From positions 1 to 64,000 of the forward strand of contig NW_021832840.1 in assembly GCF_006345805.1 (NCBI RefSeq): 64,000 bases of DNA. The letters run 5' to 3'. Shown here one piece after another: positions 1 through 13,539 of this stretch. The notes below the pieces were generated by a model that was not told the origin of the DNA, did not search any database, and saw only the letters and a program-made list of their open reading frames with translations. Numbering within the stretch: the stretch's first letter is position 1; every line of letters starts with the position of its first letter. The position numbers were made by a program, and so were the translations under genes. Origin of the DNA: Octopus sinensis. Its lineage: Eukaryota.

Positions 1-296
1 ATTCGAGGGTATGGCGGATTCGAGAGACTTTACTGTATTTGTATAATATTTGGTCCAAAATGTCCATCCATCTCGAAGATTGAGATTCAAAAAGACTTTT
101 TCCTAACCAGCGTTTAAGCGTCTGGTTAAATCGTTCGATCTGACCCTGGCTCTGAGGGTGTCTTGGCCTACCATAAATTGCCGTCACACGCCAATCTTGA
201 TAAATTTTTTGAATTTCGTTATTTCGAAATTCTTTTCCATTATCTGTATGCATAATTCTCGGAGGACCAAAAGTTCTGAATAGTTTTTGAATAATT

Positions 297-470
297 GGAC
301 AAATCGGAGGAAAAGTTGCTAGGCGACGTGGGGAGCCTCGAGAAGTGTCATGGTTATTCCAACAAATTGGAATAGCTGTCGTTCGCGGCAATGCACACTC
401 CATCATGCGTGCAACCGCAAGTGCCTTTTAATCATTGACTAACTTATTTCAATAATTAAAGAAAAAAAAA
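297..470 (+). mobile_element. 5'-truncated CRE-like retrotransposon 3' end inserted in the integrase ORF
   Basis: Translates GKVARRRGEPREVSWLFQQIGIAVVRGNAHSI, the same C-terminus as the other CRE-like copies; followed by an A-run at about 461-470. Confidence 0.75.
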
Positions 471-1172
471 ATTGGACAAATGATCTTTGAATTTTTCTTT
501 TTAATTCCAAAAGACCAGGCAAATTTAGTGAAACAATCAATAATATTCAATTAATTCCATCATTATAATTGGATATCTTCTCATGTCTATACAATCCATC
601 ATGTATCGATCATATTTATCGGTAATATCTATTACATTTAAACTGTCTGTGGTTTTCAGAGAATTAAATGCAGAACACGATTGACAACCATTTACAAAAT
701 CTCTAATTACGGACTGTTTAATTCCCATGTATTTTGTCGAAATCAATTGTCGCATTTTGAAAATCCCAGGATGTCCTTGTATATGCTCATCATTTAAAAT
801 CGCTCGAATTTTTTCTTTTTCGAAAGAGCATAAAAACTTCTTTGGATTTTGGTTTGAGTTGCTTTTATAATATAATTGATCTTCGATAAGAAATAGCTTA
901 TCGCATTTTCTTCTAATAGATCTCTTAATGTGGTCTTCTGCATTTATTGGGTACTTTTTAAATTGTAAATAATCTTTTACTTCTTTCAATTGATTTTCCG
1001 ACTCAATTTTTAGTATCCTAACCATCAGACAAGAAAACGGAAACGTTTAATGATAAAACAATAATAATAAATTAAAATAAATAAATATTTTTTTAATTAA
1101 TTCCGTAAGATTTTCGGTTAAATCAATAAAAATCATAAGTTTTACAAATGATTAAAGATGATTAATGTAGAT

Positions 1173-2398
1173 CAGCGGTTCTCAACCTTTTTTAGACTGG
1201 GGACCACTTTTGCACTATAAAATTTTGTGGGGACCACCTTAAATAAAATAAACATTTTTTGGTATTAGCGCACAATTTTTGGCCTCGTCAGGGCCAGGTT
1301 TAGACATGTTCGAATATTTATTATAAAAATAACATGAACATTATGAAAATAACAGAAAATTTAATAGTAATTTAGTGAGATTTCTGATCTTGTTTGCTCA
1401 GAATAATTTTACTTATATCAGGCTCTATGTTCGACAAAGCTACTCGCATATCATCTTGTACCCGTAGTCTATTTCTATATTTTGTTTTTAGAAAAGTCAG
1501 ACACGACATCGCCATTTCACAGTGATAAGTAGTGGGGAATGCAAGTATTGATTCCAATGCAGTTTTACTCAAAATGGGGAATTCTTTCGCCATCTGACAC
1601 CTAACAATAAAAAGTAATTAATAATGAGAATACCAAAAATCTAATAATGAAGTACATTTGAAAATAATCTGAGCAGACTGATTACATTGAAGTTCAATCA
1701 AGCTCTGCTGAAAATTGAGTTCCTGATATTCTTTAAATGAGGTCAAGAAAGGTTGAACGATCCAGTTTGGAATTGGGTCTTCAACAGGAAAATAATCATC
1801 AAATTTTGTCTTGAGATTTTCCAGATGTTTGATTATCAGACTTAGAAGAACATTATCCGGTGGGTTGTGTCCGAGATGATATTCAAGCATTGGGAACATT
1901 GATGTTATTCCTTTTTTTATTTTCATTATTCGTTCTTTTGACATTAAAATATTCATGTGAGGAAGAATTTTCTGGGTGTACAGACTCTTTGTGGCGCCTA
2001 AGTTGAGAAGGCTTCAGTGAATTGTTTCCCAAAATTTTATGGCAAATCATGCATTTTGCCTTTATTTCATTATTTGGGGCAATGAATTTAGTGAATCCAA
2101 ATTGTACGTAAGAATCCGACCAAAGACGACGATTCTTCAAATCAGATTAATTTCAATGTTTTTGATTTATACTTAATTGTACAATTAGTTTTAAATTTAA
2201 TATATTGTTATTTTTCGAAAATTCCTGGGGACCACTAAAAATTTTCTGGGGACCACGATTGAGAACCGCTTGATTAATTTCAATGTTTTTGATTTATACT
2301 TAATTGTACAATTAGTTTTAATTTTAATATATTTTTATTTTTCGAAAATTCCTGGGGACCACTAAAAATTTTCTAGGGACCACGGTTGAGAACCGCTG
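1173..2398 (-). mobile_element. Internally deleted hAT (Buster/Charlie-like) DNA transposon
   Basis: TIR CAGCGGTTCTCAACC at both ends; perfect 8-bp TSD ATGTAGAT (1165-1172, 2399-2406; nnnTAnnn). BED finger (CMICHKILGN...RRHKESVH, 1883-2140) and hAT C-terminus (FPTTYHCEMAMS, 1372-1593). Confidence 0.93.
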
Positions 2399-2489
2399 AT
2401 GTAGATCATCACCCCGGACGATATAAACTGCCCGGACGATATAATATACGACATTCATTAATAACAGAAATACAGAATTTCATAATCGA

Positions 2490-3330
2490 GTGCAAATTAA
2501 AAGAGAAATCGGCCTGAAAGATGCCGGGTCTCCTCTTGGTCTTCCAGGCTTCAGTATCGGTCTTATTAGGGCATGTTTTCATATTGACGGAATCACATTG
2601 TTGTTGATTGAATAGTTGAAAATAGATGTTAGGAGCCTGACTCCTTTGACACCAAGGTTTTTTAATAGAATGACCGGGATTTTATCCGGGCCGTGAGAAT
2701 ACGATGATTTTGTGGAGTGCAAGGCAAAGGTGAGCAAAGCAAGCTTTCTTAGCTGGTGTGTAGTGGGGTGAATATTTTTGTGGAGTGGGGTGAGCAAAGC
2801 AAGCTTTCTTGGCTTTTCCCGATGTTGGACTCTGGACCCAACGCAAGTGCGGAACGGACGGGGAACATTTTTTGTAAGGAATTGAATCGGGGTGATGTGC
2901 TTCTGGTTGCTAAAGTCTTGGTCTTTTGACAGTTGGTCCTGTTGAATGGCTAAGAAGACCTTTCCACCTTCCTTAAATAGGTGGTCAAGTGGGCTTGGAA
3001 TAATATTGTTCAATTTGGAAATTGTCGTCGTTTGAGACTGCGAATGGCAGCCCGGACGTCACCCACAGCTAGTTTGACACAAACACGATCATTCAGGGTG
3101 TCCTCCTGTGAGGTGTTCTTTTGTTATTTGGGGAATGCTTGCGATAAACATGGGGCAAGGTTGTTATTGGGTGCGAAGAGATTCTGTTGATGTTCTCTTT
3201 AATCAATTCTGCGAGAGGATGTGGATTTTCCCAGTGCGGATAAGGGTTCCGTGCGCCAGTGGGGCAAAACTGATTAGACGAGAGCATGCTACCCAACTAT
3301 TAGACGTGAGACGTTGATGAAGGAAGTAAG
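2490..3330 (-). mobile_element. Degenerate APE-type LINE (Jockey/I-like) remnant
   Basis: HGPDKIPVILLKNLG...LTSIFNYSINNNVIPSI followed by RPISLL-like RT start; frameshifted. Confidence 0.7.
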
Positions 3331-3830
3331 ACATTTGGAAACTTGTATCTTTGCTGACTTTGAATTGCGATTGGAAATTTTCAAAGAACTTCGAAACCAG
3401 GACAGTTTGAAGAGGAATGAGTTGACGTCCAATTGACTAGGACTACCTTGTTAAAAAATGGGTACTTTGCCATACACAATAAATGCTGAAGACGTCCATG
3501 TCTCCTCCTTTTTAACCATTAAACCCATCTGTTCCACACCATAAAACACATCCCGTAAGAACATCTTCATGTGAGTGGCAATGTCTGGCAACTCTCTCTG
3601 CCTTACTGCTTCTGAGTCACCAGACACCAGTTTTTATGTGACATTCTCTCTATTCAACGCTGTATTTAGAACCCTCGTGTCGTCATTTACAGTGCCCCCA
3701 AAAAGTCATAGCACCACTTAATAAATTTTAGTATTTTACGTTTTTACCCATAAAATATGAAGTATTTTGACTTTTAATTATTTTTTTGAAAAATTAAAGC
3801 ATAACTCACTTTAAAATTTGAACGAACCTA

Positions 3831-5263
3831 CAGTGGTGGTGAAAAAAACCGGTTTTGCAGTCACTAAGTTTTTTTAGCTTATAGCTATTAATTTTCCAAA
3901 TGAAATAAAGAGTTTGAAGTTGATTATATGTATAATTTTTTCACTTTTGAAAATTTCAATAATCGGCGAAAATTTAAAAATTTGAATTTTAGCATGTGAA
4001 TAAAAAACCGGTTTTAACAAAAAGAGTTAACAAAATCAACAGTTAGTATGTTGTGTGGTATCCTCGATTAATAAATAGCTCGTATAACCTTTTAGGCATA
4101 CTATCAATTAATTTCCAAATATTTTCAGATGGCAATTCGTTCCAAATTTTTTATTAATTTACTTCGAGATCAAGTTTATTTTTGCAAAATCTAGTGAATA
4201 ATTTTGCTTCATCATGCTCCAAACATGTTCCATTGGGTTCATGTCTGGAGATTGCGGAGCCCAATCAAGAATTGGAACTTTATTTTCTTCAAAAAACTTG
4301 ATTGTCAACGCAGATTGATGACAGGGAGCCAAGTCTTGTTGGAAAGTGAACTTATTTAGTCCCATTTTTCAAATTATTCGTTATTACATTTATATATTTA
4401 GCGGAATTGAGTGCTCCATTAACAAAAACTAAATTGCCAACTCCTTGAAAGAAGATACAGCCCCAAACCATAACAATACCTCCACCAAATTTTACTGTCG
4501 GTGTTATATGACTCAATTCATAACATGAAATTTTTTTTCGATTACAGTATTGCCTTTTTTTAGTATGAAAAATCTGAAAAGATGTTTCATCAGAGAAAAT
4601 AATAGTTTTCCATGGGTCATTGTTCATCCGAATAAAAATTTTTGACAATTCACATCTTTTTATTATGTTTTTCTTCGAAAGCAACGGTTTACTTTGACAT
4701 ACTCTTCCGAAGAGAAAATTTGAATTTAAATAAGTTCCAATTGTCTTTCTACAGACACTCTTACCAGTTAAATGTTTTATTTCATTTCTTAACGTGTTAG
4801 AAAATTTTTTTGGATCGCACTCAATAAGATGTAATAGGATTTCAATGTCTGTTTTCTGAAGCTTTTTATGACGTCCGGAATCAGAAATCCTATCAGCAGT
4901 TCCATATTTTTTGAATTTTCGAAAAAAATCTCCGATTGTCGATTGTAAAGTATTTAGATGTTTTGCGATTTCTTTTATCGTCAAATTTAACTCAAAAAGA
5001 GCAAGGATCTTTCCTTTAATTATTGCATTTAACATTTGCTTATAAAACTTAAAATTCAACAAATAAAATATCATTCAATAAATCAAACCGGTTTTTTATT
5101 CACACGCAAAAATTTAAATCTTCAAAATTTTAAACGATTAATGAAATTTTTTATAAACACAAAAATTATAAATCTAATAAACTCCAAAAAGTTCAATTCA
5201 ATTGAATGCTATCTGCCAAAAAAACTTAGTAACTGCAAAACCGGTTTTTTTCCACCAGCACTG
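3831..5263 (-). mobile_element. Tc1-like DD34E transposon, full length, frameshifted transposase (about 4043-5074)
   Basis: TA-flanked TIRs CAGTG(G/C)TGGT..AAAAAAACCGGTTTTGCAG; motifs IFSDETSF, FQQDLAPCH, SPDMNPMEHVW. Inner repeats of AAAACCGGTTTT at about 4005 and 5085 (IR/DR-type ends). Confidence 0.92.
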
Positions 5264-5440
5264 TATATTTATGTACTAAAAATTGACTTTTTTAATTCTA
5301 AAAAAAATATGCCGAATAAAATGAGGCATTAAAAAATATCTATCAAAAAAGATTAAAAAATTGCTCATTTCAATTATTCAAATGTATTGTTTTTATCTGT
5401 AAAAAATCCAGTTCAATTAAAAAGACAAATTTGTAAGATA

Positions 5441-5665
5441 CAGTCAAACCTCTAAATCTCGCCATTTTTTGGGACCGACCAAATCGTGGCGATGTAGGCT
5501 ATTTTGCGTCTTTTTTCATTGAACGTCAGTCTAGTACACTTGCGCATGTTGGATGAAGCGTGGTTAAAATTATTTTATATTTAAAGTCAGTTTAACCAAA
5601 AAAAATTTTTTTAATAATTAAAAGTAGTGGCGAGATTTAGAATTTGGCGAGCAATAGAGGTTTCT
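5441..5665. mobile_element. pogo/Tigger-like MITE remnant
   Basis: TA|CAGTCAAACCTC start and subterminal TCGCCA/TGGCGA palindrome, similar to the element at 58787-59723. Confidence 0.5.
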
Positions 5666-5879
5666 TTAGAAATTCTCAATTTTTTTGAAAAAATGTGGCG
5701 ATTTTCACGTCTCAAAACTTACATATCAGTTTTTCTTCTTTCAAAAATATTTACTATCACACATTAGCTCTGTATGATTTTAATACTTTATTAATGTTTT
5801 TTTTATTTGTCCTTATTTTAATTGGAAAACCTAATAAATTAAAACATTCTCATACGTCTGTTAGATTAGGTTTGTTGTA

Positions 5880-6360
5880 CAGTCCGACCTCGATTTGGAA
5901 CAGATCTCGGGCCTGGAACACCTCAGTTTTTGGAACAACCTCAGTTTTTGGAACACTTTGTAGGATCTCTGCCTAGAATAAATAATTCCTTTTAAATAAA
6001 AACCTCGATTTGGAACAAAATTTATTATTATTATTTATTTCTAGTCATTAAAAAAATTAATTAATTTGGATTAAAAAAAACTCCACGCTAAATCATTATG
6101 GGTTTCAGTTACGAGAAAAAGGTTGAAATTGCTCGACAACTAAAAAGTCATTCACACAGAGTATTTGCTCAAAAATATGAAACGAGCATTGGCACAATTT
6201 CTCGAATAAAAAAAACGATTACGCCGCAAATAACCTGTGGGAACATTATTCCAAATTTTCGGACTGAAAAAAAACTGACGATATTTTTAAAACATTGGAT
6301 AGTAAAGTTCTCGACGTTTTTCAACAATTACGGCTCCAAAATATTCCAGTTTCAGGTCCT
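5880..6360 (+). mobile_element. pogo/Tigger-like left end with HTH (psq-type) transposase N-terminus, truncated by an RTE insertion
   Basis: TA|CAGTCCGACCTCGATTTGGAAC with internal repeats of that motif; ORF 6098-6373 FSYEKKVEIARQLK...YETSIGTISRIKK. Confidence 0.6.
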
Positions 6361-6361
6361 C

Positions 6362-8290
6362 TTATTATTATAGCACTTTCACGAAAGCCATAATGTTTAT
6401 AGCCCCGCATGTGCAACACTCAATGTAACGATATTTAAGGTTAGTTTTTTCCATTTTCCTCTGTCGTATGCGAGTGATCTCAATTCGTCCAGGGCGTCCC
6501 CCGTCTTTAGGTTTTTCCTCACTCGATTTAGGTCTTTATTTAAGGCAGTTGGAAGTGTCGATCTAGGTCGTCCGCGGAAGGGTATGTCGCATCTGTCGAA
6601 GTAGTCTTCCATCGCTTTGTTAGCGGGTGCGGCCGGGTTCATTCTTAGTACATGCCCGAATAGCCTCCACCGGGCATCTACCACATCCCCGCTGATGCAG
6701 GAGCACATACATTTGTTGTAGATACCATTGGTTGATATTCGACGTGGCCACTCCATTCCGAGTAAGCTTCTTAGTTGCCTTCTATGGAATGAGTCCAGTT
6801 TCAATAGATCGTTGAAGGAACATCCCCATGTCCCAGCGTTGTACAGCAGGATCGGTTTCACAAACGCGTTGTAAAGCCTGCATCTGATGCCAACTCCAAG
6901 TCCTTTGGCTCTTAGCCATCCTTTCTTCAGTTTCACCATTGCCGAATTCGCCAGTGTTTTCCTCCTTAGTACATCTTCAGCGTCTCCCAGTAGGGATCCA
7001 AGCTTATTAGTGTGTCTCCATCTTTCATGGGTAGTATCATCTTCTCTTTTGATTTCCGTAATCTCAGTTTTGTTCACATTTACGCTGAGGACCCATTTCC
7101 CAAGCTCCATAGCTGCATTTTCTAGTAAATGTTGGAGTGCGGTCACGTCCCGTGATACGAAATCCACATCATCGGCATAGGATGCCTCTTCTATGTCTCC
7201 CGTATAGCATTTACGGAGGTCGCGGAGTGCAGATTCAAGGTAGATGGTGAATAGTAAGGGGGAGAGGGAGTCACCCTGGGGTGTCCCAGTCGTTGTTTTG
7301 AAACTGCGGGAAGTTGCTCCTTCTGGCCTCACAGATAGTCTTGTGTTCGCAAGTAGTAGTCTGATTATCCTAACCGATGATTCATCCAGTATTTGCTCAA
7401 GCACATTCATCAGTTTCTGTCTGTTTATTGAGTCGAAGGCTCTGGAGAGATCTATTCCCAGCACGGTCGTTGTGCTCTTGAATCTTTGGTGCGTTGCGCA
7501 GCGCCATCTGTGGCTCCATACAATGTCTGCCGTTGACCTCCCATCTCGGAACCCACTTTGACTCGGTGATAGGTATTGATCCGCCACACCCTTTATTCGC
7601 CTTAGTGCGACGTTTGCCAGCACCTTGCGTATCGAATTCAGGAGTATTATCGGGCGGAGATTTTCTACTGGTTTTTTTGGTTTGTTCGGTTTTTGTATGG
7701 GTATTAGTAATCCATTTCCAAGTCCCAGATCGGTATTAGTTTCGAAAATTTCATTTAGGGTTTTTGCAATTGTGTCGCTGAGTTTTTTTGGCCCATATTC
7801 TAGGAGCTCGGGGCTTATGTTGTCCGGCCCAGCACTCTTGTTGTTCCTCAGTTTATTTATCGCTAGTTCCACCTCTTCCGCTGTGATTGGGATTTTTAAC
7901 GCTTTTGCATCTCCCTGGAAACAGGGAAAGTTCGTGTTTTCTTTATTCACCAAGGTTTCGAAGTGTCGTGCGATCAGCTCTGCTTTTTCTTTCGGATTAC
8001 CCACGAATTTTCCATCTTTTTCTTTAATGTGGAGGATGTTTTGTCCTTTCTTAGTAGTCCGCAGTAGTCGTAGGGCCGCATACATCCTTGAATTGTCTTT
8101 TAGGCATTCCACATCTTTTAGTAGGGATGTAATGATTTCTCGTGAGTATTTTCGGTTCATCTTTTGGATTTTGCATTTTAGTTCCCTTTGTTGGATGTTG
8201 TTATATGAGGCCATCCACCGCGAGGAATCCTTCCAAATCTTTGTCTAGCAGAATGAACCACTTCTGTGGCCCACTGAATCTTGTAGGAAC
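6362..8290 (-). mobile_element. RTE-clade non-LTR retrotransposon, 5'-truncated, with open 605-aa RT ORF (6397-8214)
   Basis: RT motifs LRPIILLN, GIDLSRAFDSI, GTPQGDSLSPLLF, YADD; RTE-like C-terminus (WRLFGHVLRM...GRPRSTL); short 3' UTR ending in (TAA)n; no APE domain present. Confidence 0.9.
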
Positions 8291-8342
8291 TTTAAATTTG
8301 ACAATGTAAAAAATTACTTTATAAGTTTTTATAAAAAATTCT

Positions 8343-10434
8343 ATCCGACAATCAACTTGGTACGAGGAGACAGTATCAGGGTGCTAAAGAACAGGCCCTT
8401 ATTAACCAATGCCTAAATAAAGAGTATGGAAATGGGCTATACTCTGCATGGATTGATATCAAGAAGGCTGTCGATTCTGTTGACCACGACTTTCTATTTC
8501 ATGTGTTGGAGTGCTCTGGAATACCTTTATGGATTGTTAACTTTGTGAAAAGGACTGTACGAATGTGGACTGTAAAGCTCCATGTTGACGGAAGGAGAAT
8601 TGGTTCTGTAAAGTTGAGCCGAGGGATTTTACAAGGAGACTCATTATCCCCGCAACTGTTTGTTATGGTGATGGACCCACTAAACAGGATTCTTAATGCC
8701 ATGTTTCCAAAGGTTCAAATTAATCAACAGGACCCAAATATGTTGACCTATTCTACTAATCATTTGTTCTTCATTGACGACCTAAAGATATTCGCTCTTA
8801 AAGAAGATGTAGTAATTAAAATGATGGAAGCTGTTGATGGATTCTTTAAAACTGTTGGCTTGGAGATGAATTCAGAAAAGTCAGCATCAAATGTCAAATC
8901 TTTATCTTGTTGTGAGACTTTGGAAGGAGTCAAAGGATATCGCTACTTGGGTGTACTTGAAGATGCAGGAAGTAATGTTCTTAAGAGTAAAGTAATGGAT
9001 TCTATCCTTGGAAATGTAAAGGAAAGGATAACCATGCTTTCAAAGACGAAATTAAATGCGGTAAATTTATTCCACGCTATAAATGAATATGCCATTTCTC
9101 TATATAATTATTACATCGGACTTATTAATATTGAACCTCATAAATTTGATTGTATTGACCGTCAAGTACGACAACTTCTTACGACTCTTAGACTCCATCT
9201 CAAACCTGCAAATAAAGAGAGGTTATATTTAAATCGGAAATCTCTTGGGAGAGGACTTGCTTCAGTCTCTTTCAGAAGTGAACTGATACTCTTCCAGTTC
9301 ATGAAAAGTTTAGAAAGACAGTCGACAGTATGCTTACAAAGATCGGGAATCCTGCGTGTGATACAAACAAATAAATGGCATATGGCCACAATTGCAGGAT
9401 TTCTCGCCTCCAAGTATGCAATTCTCGACATGGAGAATTTGGGTGTTGAGTTTATCAAAGATGCTCAAAGAAAATATTTGCTTAAGAACATCAATTGTAA
9501 AATGCTACATTCGGTTCTATTCAAATGCATGGACGAACAAAATGTTGATCTAGCCACATCCTTAGAGTGGTTATCTAAAGGAAATAATGGTCCACGGAGT
9601 GAAGCATTGTACTGTCTCTTGCAGGATAGGAATTTGTTCTTCACATCCATGGGATCTTTATGCAGTCACTGCAAAAAATGCAAGAAAACAATTGATCATT
9701 TGGCTACGCAGTGTGGGAAAATTTTAAACAGTGATTATCTGCGGAGACACAATGAAGTTGTAAAGTGCATTCACCTTCATTTGTGTCGAACCTACGGTAT
9801 TAAGAGAGAAAGCAAATTAAAGACTCATTCTGTTCAGTCCATAATATCGACGCAGAATGTTGAAATCAGAGTCGATATGTCAATCATGACGGAATCTAAA
9901 GTTCAATCCAACAAACCAGATATCTTCGTGTATGACAAAACCAAACAAGAGATAACCTTAATCGAAGTTGGCATCACGTCACAAGATCGCCTCAAACAAG
10001 TCTAAATCGAGAAATTTCATAAATATGATCTGCTCGCAAACGAACTTTCGATACTTTATGATGCAAAGGTAAAGATTATCCCGGTTGTCTTGACGTGGGA
10101 CGGTGTTGTTTCGAGATACTTCAAAAACTATATGGACAAATTATCGATCGAAAAAGCCACAAGAACTTATATTCAATCTGTTGTTTTAAAAAGGACTCTA
10201 GAAAGCATGTTAGTTGAACACAGACATGGAGTGAGAGTATCTGCCGAAGAATACGCCTCTGCTGCTTACCAGCTTGCAGAAGTGGCATGCTGCCGTGACA
10301 CGCCGGTGAAAGATATGAGACAAATAGAAAATCTATCTGGCTGGGAGATGAAGAGTGAGGAGGAACTGGTTGCAAGCTCTTCTCCTAAAAGGAGGAGAGA
10401 GATTCCAATGATCGGGACTGAGAATCTAAATTAA
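8343..10434 (+). mobile_element. R4/Dong-like RT + restriction-like endonuclease retrotransposon, 5'-truncated, one premature stop at 10003-10005
   Basis: WIDIKKAVDSV, GILQGDSLSPQLF, FIDD; CCHC finger (CSHC...HLATQC), RHNEV and KPDI...IEVGIT...EK RLE motifs; frame continues after the TAA to 10434. Confidence 0.88.
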
Positions 10435-10519
10435 ATAGTCTAGCTTAAGTTAAATTTCTCAGGCTTTGCGCTATATCCAACTTTGTGGTTGCCCTACTAA
10501 TGACACACCCGCCGCGCCC

Positions 10520-10870
10520 CTACAGAAAATGTGCGGGAACAAGGAAAGAACGTCAGGAAAATATGAGGACCGAGGAAATAACTTTTTTAGTAATTGTTTT
10601 TATTTCTATCACCAGATCTTTAGCGGATTTTGCACAATTAGCTTCAGAAAGTTCGACCAATATTTTGACTTCGTTTTTGTCAAGTAATGTTGGTAATCCA
10701 GATCCACCTTTTCTAAAAATGGTCCCTTCGGTAATGTATTTCCGAACAGCATAAAATACAGTGATTTTGAAAAAGCAAGGATATCAGAAATTCTTCTATA
10801 GGAAATATTTTCTTTATAGTAGAATATAATTTGTCCCTTAAAAATAGAATCCATTAGTATTTTATAAAAT
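10520..10870 (-). mobile_element. Tc1 transposase N-terminal fragment
   Basis: MDSIFKGQIIFYY...SYRRISDIL is closely similar to ORF 44543-44818. Confidence 0.7.
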
Positions 10871-11099
10871 AAGTAAAAAAATGACTCTTAACTATAATAA
10901 CGAGAAACAGAGGGACTTGAAGCGATTAAAAAAACGCATCCAGGAGAGGGTGGCACAAGCGAGATAACTTTACTAACGTTATTTTTCGGTTTGCTTATTA
11001 ATAATAACAAAAATGACTATTTATTACATGTCCGGATTTTTTTACTAAAGGTGCAGATAGATTAAATAACCACAGCTTGAACAACGTCGACAAAAGGTT

Positions 11100-11480
11100 C
11101 TAAATGCCCAGGCTTTCGTTCGGTTCTAAAGTCCACTAATCTGGATCTTGCAGACGGCAAGCGTCTGGATGGAATGACGGTCTTTCCATTCAAAAAAGGA
11201 AAGAATCTTGTATTAGGCATAAGCTATACCGACAGATTTGCTCCAAGAGCTTGATTCAATCTGGTTCGTGTTCTGGCTTAAGGGGGGCAGGAGAAACCAA
11301 ACGGAAAAGTACGCGTCCATTACTGAAACATAGAACTTTGTCCAGATTGCGGTGAAGATGAGAGGTGTGATTGAGCGGAATAGGAAGAGGATTCTGTCTA
11401 TAATTATATAAAAGATATGAAAGAAAACGATTGACCATCGAAAATAACCTAGGTGTAGCAGAGAATATCCGAAGCATTTT
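11100..11480 (+). mobile_element. Degenerate CRE-like RLE 3' fragment
   Basis: DGKRLDGMTVFPFKKGKNL and a degenerate FVPxAVE/RGN tail, with many frameshifts. Confidence 0.65.
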
Positions 11481-11555
11481 TGGCAAGTAAATGGTTAGTA
11501 TTGCGGGACAGCCAATGGCGAATTCGAATTTCTATATGTCGAAATGTGGAAAAAA

Positions 11556-11628
11556 TGCCTCGAGTGGGGGTCGAACCCACGACCTTAGGATTATGAGACC
11601 TACGCGCTAACCACTGCGCCACCGAGGC
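11556..11628 (-). tRNA. tRNA-Met(CAT): Elongator tRNA-Met(CAT)
   Basis: GCCTCGGTGGCGCAGTGGTTAGCGCGTAGGTCTCATAATCCTAAGGTCGTGGGTTCGACCCCCACTCGAGGCA: 7-bp acceptor stem, CAT anticodon, GGTTCGA T-loop (elongator, not initiator), followed directly by a T6 Pol III terminator. Confidence 0.96.
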
Positions 11629-12429
11629 TCTTTTTTCTTTACTAATTTTTTGTCCATGTGGTCTTGATCTTTTTTATTTTAAATTGTGTAAAAGCCATTT
11701 AATATTTTTGAATATCTGTTCGATTACGATTATAACGATTTTTTATACGCCTCTGTTATGTTTAACTTAAGTTCAATATCCTAATGACGGTGGTTAGAAT
11801 ATCCGTGACATACCAAGCCCCTGGGCCTACATAACTTGGGTTATTCTGTCAAATAGTAAGAGATTCTGACATTTTTGTAGAACTGCGCTAAAACCTATAT
11901 TACAAATTTTTTGGTCTCCAAATTATTTACATCTAGCTTATCGAGTAAGCAAGCTTTCATATACCAAGATTCTACATTTGTCGCAGATTTTTCTCTGTTT
12001 TTTTTCAACCCAGCTAGGTCAAAAAACTATTCAAATTCGCTGAATAATAAGAATAAAACATTTTATTTTATTATAAAAAAATAAAAATTAATAAGAATAA
12101 TAAGAAAAGAAGGAGAATCAGCTTGAGAATTGATACTGTATGGCATTTATTTTTGGTTAAAACTGATTTTTATCATCTGAAATATCCAGAGTTATCCACT
12201 TTCTGGTAATCACTAACATAATAATCGTGAAAAATCGATTTTTATAGAACAATAAAAAATAATCGACGGTAAAACAATTGGAATTTAGTGAAATAAGTGT
12301 CGGTTCAAAAATTTTACTAAAATAACAACTTTAAAATATAAAATAACAAATAATAAATAAGATGGCAATCAGATCATAATCGATATTATACATTGAAAAA
12401 GTCTCTCCTCTCCAGTTTAAGTTTTAAAT

Positions 12430-13335
12430 CACTTTTCTGATCTCTTTCAAGAGTACCTTTGCCATCTCATCAAGAACACCACTCGTTTCAAACTCAAGTG
12501 GAACGAATTCCACACTGTACGGAAAGAGCCGTACTTCACTTGCTTATAAGAGTTAGACAGAAAACAGATATGTTCAAAGCGTCGCGACAAAAGGAGAATA
12601 ATCAAAGAATTATCTGGTTATCAAAATAACAATTTTACAAAGAAAAATTTAATGTAATACACAGTAATATCAATTTTTTGTAGAATAAATATAAGATGAA
12701 AAAATCAACAATTTTTGTTAAAAATAAAAATAAAAGCTCCATATACCAATATAATATTAAATAAAAAATAATAAAAGTAGGACTAGCTAGCACGATGTTT
12801 AATTATTAATGCGGATCAAAACATAACAAAATAAAACCCCAAAACCAAAATTTAATATTTTCAAATTTGGTTACGGAAATTTGATAAAAATAATTAAATA
12901 TTGTGCTATCAGATATATTCAAAATACAAATATTAAAAAGTATATGTGAGTTGATTCAAAATAGAATAGAAAATAATAACTAGCCGATATTTTGTTCATT
13001 AACCAAAAGTATTCAAATAAATTTATTACAAATACGTTCAGCCATTTAAAAATTATTTTATAAATTTAGAGCTTTTAGTAATAGTTAGCATTTTATAAAA
13101 TGAAAAATTTTCTTGCTTTTTAAAATTTTTAATCCTCGATAAAATGTTTATTTGATTGATATATTCTTACACTGAAATTTCACTGTAACTAAAAATCTAA
13201 GCGAGTTAATTAACTCCAACTTCTCTAGGAAGCCAGCAGCTATAATGAAACGGGCAGCCAGCCTCAAGAAATCCCGAGGATCTCAGTCGGAAGATGAAGA
13301 CGGCGGGTCTGGAAAGAGACAGAGTTAGCTGACGT
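12430..13335 (-). mobile_element. Two small CRE-like 3' crumbs (about 12430-12550 and 13215-13335)
   Basis: FVPLEFETSGVL and ...IIAAGFL-type translations match the CRE C-terminus. Confidence 0.45.
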
Positions 13336-13539
13336 CATAAACCACAGTTTGAAAGTTTGGAGTTTCATTCTGCTAATATGGCACTAATAATTTCATCCCA
13401 TGGGATGAAAAATTATGAAAAACTTTGACTGCTAGTAGAGATGGTCAAAGGACATGATATGAGACAACTAGTGATAATCCAAAAACTTACATTTTGCAAT
13501 TATAGGAATCCAAAACTTAAAAAAGCAAATGCTAATATT

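Larger units (their letters stand above)
1..2453 (-). mobile_element. Ginger/TDD-like integrase-type DNA transposon remnant (continues off the window start), carrying nested CRE and hAT insertions
   Basis: ORF 537-1025 has an integrase H2C2 finger (HPG...CQSC) and the first catalytic Asp region (DRYMMDCID). 1-296 (-) reads FGPPRIMHTDNGKEF...GRPRHPQSQGQIERFNQTLK (rve core). Terminus at 2453 reads TGTCGT on the - strand with a tandem CCCGGACGATATAA repeat. Confidence 0.7.

Noticed and set aside
6887-8248. Long antisense ORFs over RT genes (also 32393-32731, 37070-37591, 60244-60711)
   Set aside because: Shadow frames of GC-richer retroelement ORFs.
8343-10434. Microsporidian or fungal source suggested by the R4-like RT and AT-rich DNA
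   Set aside because: ETS, PTB/SH2 and axonemal dynein genes indicate an animal.
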